Of a stretch of 64,000 nucleotides of DNA, positions 1 through 11,600 are shown one piece after another (position 1 is the stretch's first letter; every line of letters begins with the position of its first letter). A program made the translations under genes and the position numbers. Location: contig OZ037766.1 of assembly GCA_964035545.1 (NCBI GenBank), positions 11,584,722-11,648,721 on the forward strand, written 5' to 3'. Below the pieces are notes generated by a model, which ran no database searches, was not told where the DNA came from, and saw only the letters and a program-made list of their open reading frames with translations. This DNA comes from Bugula neritina. Its lineage: Eukaryota > Animalia > Bryozoa.

Positions 1-224
1 TAGTATTAAGAATATTACTAGTATTAGTATTAGTTTCCACTTAAATAGTTACAAGTTTTTCTATACTTTGTAAGGTTGTAACTAGTTAGCAAAATACTCA
101 ACTGTAAGTGACTGCTAACATTTACTGCAATTTGGATGAGATTACATTTATTATTGAAATATAAAAACGGTGAAACTGCTAATATTGGTTGAGCTCAGGC
201 TTCTAGTTGTTGAATTAGATTTAA

Positions 225-982
225 AGGATTGCTCTATCTTGTCTAATAAATGGCCATTTAGGTCAAACACACATAATATTGTGTTAAATAAGCATGCATT
301 GACAAAAAGCATTTGACCAAAGGTAGAAAAAGTTAGTTGAAGTTGAGGGTGTAGATTGGTAACAGCCAAAACGCCGATTTTGAAATGAGCTGGGAAATGT
401 GACGTAACAGCGCCAGCATTCCTGCTGGTCACGTGACTATACAAATGAATAACTATAGAAATATGACTGTGAGATGTGATCTTTCAGCTCGTAATTTGTA
501 TATTTATAGAAGTGCAAATGTGAATTATCTCAATCTATATAGTTTTTTGACATTTTAAATAACATGTATGTGATAACATTAGGCCATATTTTGCTTGTAA
601 AGCATTGCAAAAACATGCATTCTTTAGGATGAATGCCTGCGATCGATCTAAACTAGGTCAGATTGTGCAATGTTACGGGCACACCAAAGCTGACCTATAT
701 AGCGCACTGTAACTGCTTGAGCGTTATTGGTTGATGTTGTGCTCAGCAACCTTGAATACTAGCGTTATAGTTAGCACGTGCAGCATAGTTACTGGCGTTC
801 ACACGTCACGTATTAGGCTATTCTTTTTCATGGCTGAAAATTTTACCTCCCTCAAAATTGGAATTTTGAAAAGCTGTTTTCTAGGCACATATCCCTTTGC
901 AAAGTCACAATTGTTTGCATACACATTAGATTATAGTTCATAATTATAATGTGATTGTAATAAACTAAGATTGAGCAATCCT
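225..982. mobile_element. Non-autonomous DNA transposon, Kolobok-like (copy 1)
   Basis: TTAA at 221-224 and 983-986. Terminal inverted repeats AGGATTGCTC(T/A)ATCTT. Near-identical to 35606-36374. TTAA target with AG...CT ends fits Kolobok rather than piggyBac (CCY ends). No transposase ORF. Confidence 0.85.
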
Positions 983-997
983 TTAAGAGTCTGTCAT

Positions 998-1433
998 GCA
1001 ATAGACCCTTTTCAGGGGTCTCCAATATCTCCCTTACAATCAAGAGTTGTGTCCTCTCAAAATGAAAATTGTTGAACAAAATAAACTTGAACTCATTTTT
1101 GTGGTTTTGGTTACTGAACAATGCTGAAGTGCCACTTCAGCATTGTTCAGTAACCAAAACAACAAAAATGCTTTCAAGTTTATTTTCTTCAAAATTTTTC
1201 ATGAACAAATATTTTCAACAAATCTTTGCTGCTGATAATATATGTGTGCTTATAATAAAATATTTATCTCCTAAAAGAACAATTCTATAGCATAATTAGA
1301 ATTTTAAGTAGCAGACAAACTTTAAATTTTTAATGAGTTTGCTTTTTATACAAAGGTTCAATCTATTCACTTTGGGAGGACACAATTCTTAATTGTAAAG
1401 GTGATATTGGGACCTCTGAAAAGGGTCTATTGC
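998..1433. mobile_element. MITE/foldback element with about 65-bp imperfect TIRs and a central palindrome
   Basis: GCAATAGACCCTTTTCAGGGGTC... at the left end is mirrored by ...GACCTCTGAAAAGGGTCTATTGC at the right end. Internal near-perfect palindrome at 1094-1170. Confidence 0.8.
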
Positions 1434-2482
1434 TTTACATGGTGGGTGGATAACGTTCTTTGTTAAAACTATAGCACCTCCAGGCTACATCTACAAATTA
1501 ACATTGCAAGTTTTTTCTATAAGTTTATAATATGTAAAATCAAATAGTTGTAATATTATTTAACAATTTCAAGTCAAAAATTTGATACTATTTAGTTATG
1601 ATTATCAAACAATGGGAAGCATTCTCAAAATAATAAAAGAAAAATATTTAGTAATTTTAAAATTTACTAAATTGCTTATGATTGTATTATATTTATGTTG
1701 TGACTTTAGTATATGCACTGATATGTGAACTTGAAGTGCTTTTGGATTTCCTGGAGGCTTATAATTTATATATTTACAACAAAGCTAATTTAGCGCTGTT
1801 TAAATTTTCCTATCATTGAATAGATGTTTAAAGCAAGATTTGGTACTGAATTCAATGGCAGCTTGGTTTCTCAACAGATCGTCAATTATTTTTAGTTTAT
1901 CAACAGTTGGTTAACAGGCTTGCTGTTGGCAACAAAAAAATCATTAAAACTTAAATCTGTTTTGTCAGCTGTCTGTAGCTAAACATTATAGATTGAATAA
2001 CCAAAGGTACATGCAGACTTATTAGTCAGATTTAGTTTTGACAATGTTTAGCAATGTTTCGCTAATCCCAGTGTGCGTTCAAGTTACCTTCTGCGGTGTA
2101 AGAAAGATGGTTTTTCGTTCAAAATAAAATGAAAGACTATCCGAATTACAGAAACAATATTGTATAAGACTAGCTGCAGTAAAAGTTGACTAAAGAAAAG
2201 GAAAGATTGTAATTTTTGGTTTTAATCAATACACCTGTTACTTATGTGCTGTTAAAACAAACTTATTGAAACTGAAAAAATTGATGCATGATTGAATTAT
2301 TTACGTAAATCAATCCCTCACTGTTCAGTTTCTTCTAAAATATTGTTGTCTCTGGAGATTAAAATAGAAGTAAAAAAATAAAGCAGTTGTAATTTAAGCA
2401 TACTATTTCGAGCATAATTTTAGAATTGTGTAGCATATTCTTCAAATACTTTTTGATGTTGTAGCTTTATTTTTCAGTCATC

Positions 2483-3956
2483 ATGGAAGTTGCCCATGAA
2501 TGGAATTTGCAGAGCTATAGCACTTTTAACTTGGAATCAAAGGATAAATGGATAACCATTGAAAATCCACAAACTACTCTGAAAATTCTGTCATCTTCAA
2601 AGCTTATAATTGCATCAAGTAGTACAGTTTTGGTCAGTTGACTCTTCATCACACAATCAATATTTTCATGGCTATTAGTTGTGCTACCTGACTTGTAATA
2701 TTAAAATATTTTAGTTTGTGATACTTTTGTTTAGAATGTATTAAAGTCGTTTAAATGTGATAGACCTTATCAAAAAAATAGTTTGCTTCATCAAAGAAAA
2801 AACTTATTACGATTTCAAGCACAGCTGTTATGTTTGTATTCCCTGACTATATGTGGTTCACAACAACAATGATTATTATTTTAATACTACTAAAATATGT
2901 TTTTCACAAATTTTATACACAATTAAAAATTGCCTTATAGTCAAAATGTCGATGGAAGTCTTTAATTGCTGTATCTTGCAGGAAAGTTTTAGTCTGTACA
3001 ACTCTGTGTTATGGCTGAAGTGCTTTCAAAAAAAGGACACGCTGTTAATACTGCATAAAATCCAGGTAATATAATTTAACAATAATTATGTTACATGATG
3101 ACATACTCGTATGTCAGATGATAGAATATTTTTAAGGAATCTGATAAAGCAGTGGTTAAAAACAATCATGGCTAGCTATTTTATATTACAGTCTTTTTCC
3201 AACTACATTTTAGAAGCTATAACATTATAACTTATCTTTTTTAAATATCCATCAGGACAGTCAGATATATCATTAAGAGCATTAAACAACATTTTTCAAC
3301 GTTAGGTGTGATATATAGTGATGCCCATGATAGTTTTAAACAAAGTGTTTTAATCTTTTTTTAGAATTTTACAAGAAAGTTTCGATTGAAATTTGCTGCT
3401 CAAGACAAGCTAACTTCTCTAGAATGTTGCAATAGCGCCGTCAAAGTTCTCAGGCAATATATTGATGTTACAGACTTCATGAATTCACAAAAGTCTCAGC
3501 AAGTTGATTTTAGTAATTTAGAACCACCGAAAAAAGTGGCTTGTGGAGAAATAAGCCAAAGTCAGCTTTTCCAAGTATGATTATTTGTGTATACTATATA
3601 TTATTATTGGCATGTGTGTGCATATGTGTAACTCAATAGGTGCACAGCATGTTTTTTAAGGTTTGTCCCCTCAACAGTCTTAAAGATATGGCACTAATTT
3701 AACTTGCATTTTACTGTATAGATTATTAAAAATATGGTATCTGTTCAAAAATAGCTTTATATTGTCTATAGCTACAGAGTTTACTTTGTAGACTATTCTT
3801 GGACTGAACAAGTTTAGCCTGCCTACTGCATACTCTTCATGCAACTATCCAACGGAAAGTCTGGAAACTCTTGTAAGGCTGACTATTATTGACCCAAATT
3901 TTCCAGCATTTGTCAGCGAAGTAGAAAAAACTTTAGAAAAAATAATAAATGATTAA
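2483..3956 (+). CDS. REC114: Meiotic recombination protein REC114 (4 coding exons, 202 aa)
   Basis: Exons 2483-2632, 2982-3065, 3365-3574, 3792-3956, all phase-0 GT-AG. Translation EWNLQSYSTF...KWITI...ESFSLYNSVLWLK...DTLL...RKFRLKF...ECCNSAVKVLRQYIDV matches the REC114 PH-like domain. C-terminal LVRLTIIDPNFPAFVSEVEKTLEK matches the REC114 MEI4-binding helix. Possible 5'UTR exon ending at 2006. Confidence 0.9.
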
Positions 3957-5631
3957 TATTTCTGCATTTAGCTAAATCAAATGCTGCACAAACTATTTTT
4001 GAGAAAGCTAATTAGACAATTATTACACAGTGTTGGCAGCACTTTTTCTATTATAATACCGTTAAGAATATTTTGTAAATTAAGTCAATTATATTAATTT
4101 CTTATTATTATACATTACCATAATTTTTGTGATTCTGCCTGCAAGATTAGGATTTATAAGTTACAACTAATTAATCTTCACAGCTATGCTTATTATAACC
4201 CCAGGCTTTGCTGTTTAATATATTAATTAGTTACTAAAATTCTTGCAATTAAAAATGATTTTGCACTTTTTCCAATATGAAATAAACATGTTGATAGTTC
4301 AAGCCCTTGCAGTATTTAATCTCTCATCTATTGGCACTTTTATGGGCTTAAACCAAAACAGTGGTGGAAACTTCAAAAAGAATTGTAGTTTATATGGTTA
4401 TATAGCAATTAAGCACTGTCACCATTAAAACACGTATACTTCTATTTAACTGAATCAATATTGGATATTGTTATCTGAAAAACTATGGTAATAGTATGGT
4501 CACTGAGCATACCAATCCACAACTTGAAAAGTGGAAGAGTCACTATTTGGGGGGGGGGGGGGGGCTGTGAAAATGTATGACTCTAATAATGAGATGAGAA
4601 ATTATATATATGTTCAGAACCTAGTTGAGCTCATCACCGGTTCAGGGTTTAAGAATAGTATTAAACAAAAAATTGAAAATAAACTGGTCCTAGTATCTAC
4701 TTTTTTCTGTAGTAAATTGCTGTACTAATATATCAACAAGAAAGTGAAAACTAAGGAGTATATATCTCGCAATACTTATGTAATATATTAGAAAGGTACA
4801 AAATATTACTTTCATGGTGCACTATTAAAGGTAACTAATATAAGTAAGAAAGAGTTCAATACACATGTATGCATAGGACTACACTGACTGTTGGTATTGC
4901 ATTCACGTGTGCTTTGTGGTTTCTCTACAAGTAGAAAATCCTGCAAATCTCACTATAAAAATGAATACTACACTACATTATTTAAATTTTAGCTTCATTA
5001 AAGAAAATTAAGGAAGAAAAACACTATCAATACACAACAATGGGAAGACGTCATACAGTGACTAACTTTATTTATGTGATGAAGATAAAATATATATTAT
5101 TATGTACAATATTTGAAGCAGCAAATGTTAATAAATATTATGTTAATAAACAACTTGTTATTACCAGGAATAAATAATAGTAAAAAAGCTATTCTGTTCT
5201 CACGAAGTTAATGCAATAGAGTATAGACATTTAGCAGGAGTTGTCTTCTTTTCAGACTTTAGGTTGCATGACTTTCATATTACTCATTTATGCTATTTTG
5301 ATTAAAAATTTCTAGTTTTATATATAAAAAAAACTTTTAATTGTAGATGTATGTACCTTGTTTTTGAAAATCAAGACAATTGCTAATAAATTTCATGGAT
5401 ATCACTTAATAGAAATTGTACATGTGGACAGTGAATTATCGGCATATAATATCCCCTATATAAGCATTATATACCATGCATATATAAATCTTGAAGACAG
5501 TGAAATTTTGACATGGTGCTTCAACATTTTGAAAAATCCATAGAAGCTGTTAATTGAGTGTACTAGCTCAAGAAATCATGCTATATCACATTGTAAAGGC
5601 TACCCATCATTCTGATTCCATACAGGCTGGT

Positions 5632-8600
5632 TTACAGGCCAGGTTCATCCTCTAAATTCTGTTTGGATTTCTGAAGTCTCTGAACCAAAGGATCGGTGTA
5701 CACCCAATGTTCGCCTACTTCTTGGAAATGCTGTGAATAGATAGAAAAAATACAGATATAGTTTGATGGCATAGTATCTTTGCCAAGTTTTGTGGTTTAG
5801 CAACGAAAACCATAATTACATTAAAATACAGAGAGCTCATGAAAGTAATGCTACAATCGTAATTAAGTCGTATATTTGTGCTGTTAATTGATACGAACTA
5901 CACATTTTGGACACTACAAAAAACACACTTTCCCTTTTCAATTATTAATGAATAAAGCACCCCATTCTTAAAACTGTGCAACATCATTTTTTTCATGTAA
6001 TAGCTTTTAATTAGCAGCTCTAAGGTATATAACTACAAGAAGGTAGCTTAACATATTATAACTCTATATGAATACTTTTTTGATTTTGCTGAAATTCAAA
6101 AAAAAGGTATCTGTTATAAGTACATTAATTAATAACAACTAGTTAATTACGCACCAGAACTGTTACGGATATAGCAAATGATCAACTGAAAGGCATACAA
6201 GTTAGTTTAGGCTTCCTGGTCATACCTTGTGTTGAATTTTGGCACCAGTTTCTAATCTGTGTTGAGCTTCTTCTCTCTGTCGCTGCTCCAATACACGCTT
6301 ATATTTAGTAGCTTCTTCCACATCTTTCCTTTTCAGATTATATGTGACGTCTTTCCATAGTCTAATATCAGACACATTTTTTTATGTTTTAGAAATCATT
6401 AAAAAATGTATAAATAAACTTTTATCACCACAAAATACACTTGAAATAACGTAATCACAGATAATAAAATTTTGGAGATATGGGTATATCTGAAGTTGTG
6501 TACCCAGAAAGCACTATAAATTATGAAGGTTTTCAATCCAGAAGACTATAAAATTGAAAAGAAAAGTTTTCAATTTTGACATAATTTAAAATTTATTAAG
6601 CTTTTAGAATAAAGACAACAAAAACAGCAGTTTTGTGTCATTTAAAGACTGGGAGCGCCGTACACTGACATACCTTCTAGATTCAAAGGGATCTTGTTCT
6701 GCTATGGGCAGCACGCGCTTTTTGACTATTGGTGTTTTCTTTGTATCACAAAAGATTTCACTTCTCTGTAACCAAAAGCACAGGATTAAAATTACTTAGT
6801 AAACTTGAAATTCCCATTAAGTAGCTGTAGAGTGTAGAGTGTAGACATAGGTGTCTATTTTTACTACGATTTAATTCATGTCTGGGGTGTCTCAGAGCAG
6901 GGGTTACAATGTTGGCTTAGTAAACACTAGACATGGGTTCGAACCCCAGTAAAGACCATTAGATGTTAGGAAGAGCTTTCAGTCAGAATTGCCCCTGTGC
7001 CACATATGAATAAGTCCTTAGCCCGCTCTAAAAAACCCCTTCACATCAGAGATTCTCACAGGGATAGTGACTATAAACTTGCATGAGTTTTTTATATCTG
7101 GTGTGACTCAAGTTCAGTAAAACAGACCAGATATCTTTCTGTGTGATATCAATAGCCTCCTACGCTGCATACCTTGCAAAGCTAGCCTTAATACAAATAC
7201 CTTAATTTACAGAGTTTTAGACAACCCAAAGAAAATTAAATTTGATGCTATTCTAAAATGGCCATATAAGTTGGGATCACCTTTTTACAGAAAAAGCAAT
7301 AGGCTTTGAAAAAGCATTTAAAAACCAATAGCATACATGTAACATTCAGTATCTCTGGGCAACTCGTACAGATCCAGAATGTGCAGATATCACTTAGGAC
7401 CCATAAAGACAAACAACTTGTGACATTGAGTTTACTAAGGTATACTTGTCAATGGCAGAGAACATGCTACTATATCCACTAAAGTAGCAGCTGAAGGACA
7501 CTCGACTCAATTTAGGCTAAAAATAACCTTTTTGACAGCTTTTTTATTATATCACTGTATTTACTGTTGAAAACGTAAAATAAGCTTTAAAGTTTAAAAC
7601 AAGATGACAGATTAGAGACTTTACTTAAGAATTGAGACAAACTATAAGAAGATTTTAACTGAACTATTGAAATAAACTCCTACCCCAGAACTGTACTCCG
7701 CCCACATTACTCCATTCCACTCCCCAGTAATAGCGCACGTAGGTTTGCTATTTCCTGGTTCTAATATTTGACCTTTGATTTGATGCTTTTTACCACCATA
7801 AAATGGTTTAGTGAGAAACTCTACTGAAGCAGTATATCCTGTTTTCTCACAAGTCACGTTACACTTTCCGCCCAACTCTATCCAAGGGACGGTGAGTATT
7901 GACCTGCAACAGAATAGATGGATTAGAAATATGGTGGCTACTGTAAAAACATGTAGAAGTCATTGTTATCCTAATGTAGTTGTGTTTACACTTGAAGAGC
8001 AGATTTTATACATGGTGATTTAGTGGATTTCTACAAGTGGATTAAACAACACCTTTGCATAACCGCTGAAAAAGTTTTTTCACAATTGGTTGAAAAAATT
8101 AATGCAGACTTGAGTGTAATTGATTCCTAATATAAATTAACTTTTAACCACATTATCATTTTTCAAGTAATAAACATTTTTCTGCAAATAACCTACAAAC
8201 ATATTGCGCGTATATATAAATTGGTTCAGTAGATGTAAAGCCTTCAAATAGTCTATTTCACACGATTGTTTTTAGGATTTAAATGTAAATTGGCTAGCTT
8301 CAAATTTCATTCAAAAGCCAAAACTTATATAATGCATTGATCAGCAAATTTGGAGACAAACCTGCCATAACCACTAGGAAATGTAATTTTGTATTCCTCC
8401 TCGTGGTCCAGCAAGGATATCACAGCTTCTCCGATCATATGTACACCAATAGAGAGTCCTAGGAACTTTGACTTGGTCCAAATATAGCCGTCCAGAGATA
8501 TTCTCTTGTCCTGACACTCAGCGTAGAAGGCTGATACTATAAAAAATAATTGTTTCGCTTATAAAAAGTTGCTGTAATTCAATCGTCCAGTTAAAATAAT

Positions 8601-11600
8601 AGTTTAAAAAACGCATAATTAGTAGCAAATCCACTCAAAAATATGGGTAGTATAAAAACAAATATGTGAGGTTCTGTAACAAACTTGAAATATTAAAAAC
8701 TAATTATTTAAAACCAATCAGCATAAACATTATTTTTCAACAGCCTACAAACTTGCGTTTTTATAGATTGCAGGACATTCTGCATGTATCCCAATACCTA
8801 ATGCTGAGAATTGTACAAAAATATCAGAGTACAGCTCTAAACGAAATTGAGATAAAGTGTTATTTCCACTTGAATATTTCCAAAAATTGTTCAACCAGCA
8901 TAAGTCCACGTATAAAATACTAATTATATGTAAAGACAAAAAGTACAGCTATAGCCAATATGGCAGCAACGATTGGCAATATTTTAAAATAACTTTCACA
9001 AAAAACGAAAACAAAAACTTTACAAAGCCAACTACTCCTTCAATAAGTCAAATCTTGAACACTACACTCTTGTAGTTTAGTGAGAGCTAGGAGATTAGGT
9101 CAACTATGATGGGTAAAGAATAGTATTTAGCAATACAAGCTTACTGGGAGGATGGTGAGAGACTTGCTCAGCAATGTAACAGAGGTGTGATTTAGTGCAC
9201 CACTGGATGGGACCATCATCGGCCATAGACTAAAATATTAATAAGAGTGATGATTATGAAATGATAACATTTTTGCTAGGGTAACAAGTTATAAATAGTT
9301 CAGAACTGCCAAATAAAACTTTTAATAACAGTATTTGAGATATTCAAGGTTCTAGTCGAGTAAGATGAATACATAGTAACAGAAGACAGGATAACTGATA
9401 CAAGAGAGGTATACCAGATTAGATGTGTCTACTCCCGGAATATCCCATACACACTGGAACAGTTCACCGAGGATAGGATTATATGGTTTCTTAGCAACAC
9501 TGCTCTTCCTACCAGCATGGAAGGCTAAAACATGTATAGAAAACTTTCCTTATAATAGGAACATACTCATAACCAGCATTTACATTATTTGATTTAAAAG
9601 TAACTAAAGTTGCAGCAGAAATGCTGGAAGTGTGCAGGATAAAGGCATTTTAAAAAAGAAAGCAGATAATGATTATTCTTTGCTCATGAAAGACTTGATA
9701 CCATAACAGAGCAGCTTCCTCACCTGACATGTACCATCTTACCACTTCAGTCATCCTCTCTTCAGCTGTAGAATAATCACCAATCCTGAAGAAAGCAGAT
9801 AACTCCATAATAAAGGTCTGAGATAAACTACACCACAATGAAGTACAAGAAAAGTCAAAAAATCACCTTTTTGTGAGTTAGCAAAGTTGCCAAATGGACA
9901 GATGTATTTAGAGATTTATCATTCAAGTAAGATACAGCTTTGAAAAGTTGCAGCAGCAAAGCCTATACCTTTGGTTTTAAGCTACATGTACACTGTTAAC
10001 AACTCACTGGGCTGTCTTAAAAACTTTACATTAGTATTAACCTTAGCACCATTAGAGACCCACCAGTTAAAATATTGATTTTTAGTTTATATCTGAACTT
10101 AGTAAAATAGAACTATATTTTTTTAGAAACAATAAATGAATAGGCTTGGGCTCCATTTTCTTTGGTAATGTTACTTTTATCTTTATAAGTAGTCTAAAGA
10201 GTACCAGAATTTCAGTATGAGACAATTCTAAGTAATTTCTGTTGAGAAACAACAAATATTTTATCTGCAAAAATTGTGTCTTGCCGTAGATTTTATAGCC
10301 TTATTTCTTGTAACAATATTTGCATTTGAAGTTCTAATATGTCTAAATGCATTGACGCATCCATAACCTATCGGATTTAATTACAAATCTCATGCAATTA
10401 CATTCTTATTACGTTTTAGATCATTAGTCTACTATATCAATTTATAGTACAGTTTTATAGTCAACATTTTATCTTTCATTTAATGTAAAATAGTTGAATT
10501 GCCAATTGAGTACAGCTTTGCATGCAAATTTGGCAAATACTAGTGAATGAACACAAATATTTCCACATTGCAAAAGATAATTCTTCAACTCTTCAACAAA
10601 ATATTTGATAACTTAACCTTCCAATATGCTCATTAAATAACATTATCCAACAAATTTAATATTATATAATTTTTATTAATTATAGCTACTTTATTATTTG
10701 ACCATTATGGGTTACCAAATTATAATCACTACAATAATTAATTTCATATTTTTCCCAACATCTTTTAATTCTGAGCTTAAATTAAATCAATCAAAAAATT
10801 TCTTTGCCAAAAGAAACATTTAAGAAATTTTGTGAAGTATTGTACAAGGAGCAGCCGTAGTCTAGGGGTTAGAGTGTTTGCCTAGTCAACATGAGGTCAT
10901 GGGTTCGAACGCCAGTAAAGGCTATTGGAGATGCTAGAAAGAGCATCCAGTCATAATTGCTCCTGTGTCCATTTGAATAAGTCCTTAGCCCGATTTAACA
11001 AAAACCCCTTCCATCAGGGGTTTTCTTACAGAAATGGTGACTATAAACTTGAATGAGTGAGTGAAGTATTGTATAAAATTCTAATTTGTGATTTCTCATC
11101 CATAGATTGAAACTTCTGATGTAAACAAAATGAAGATCTTGTGAAAGTACTGTATATAATTTGAACACTGACCTCACAAACAGATCAGGGTGAGAAAAGA
11201 AGTCTGCAAACATTTCCAGCAACGACCTTCGCTCCAAAATAAATGTGGGCAGTACAATCTTTGTTAGATCCATTCCTATTCGAACCTATAAGTTAGCAGT
11301 CAATTAGCATGAAATTACAACATAAACTTTAGTAAACAATAAATTGAAGTTTATATAAGTGAGTACAGATATCATGTAACTTCTAATAAATATCAATTGC
11401 ATATAATGTATACTATATACTATAGGGGGAAACAACTGCAGACAATAAGGGTGCAAGCAAAAAGTTGCACCAGATTGTGATACTGTATTTTCAATTTCAA
11501 CACATGTGTCATAACATATACTTGTGCTACACATTCCCCTCTAGTTACAGATATGCTAACATTCATGTCCAAATATCTACAGAAAAATGATGCTGCTTCC

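Noticed and set aside
151-1290. Short ORFs duplicated at 35644-36335 and neighbouring ORFs
   Set aside because: They lie within non-autonomous transposons and have no transposase motifs. Duplication reflects the element, not a gene family.
4549-4564. Poly-G run (GGGGG in ORF 4531-4728)
   Set aside because: Simple homopolymer in the REC114/OSBPL9 convergent spacer. No coding support.
9400-9414. Possible U12-type donor (GTATACCT) in OSBPL9
   Set aside because: Does not match GTATCCTT and no U12 branch site was seen. Treated as an ordinary U2 intron.
10848-10920. tRNA gene-like A and B boxes
   Set aside because: No full cloverleaf. It continues into a shared repeat body with a TSD, so it is a SINE head.
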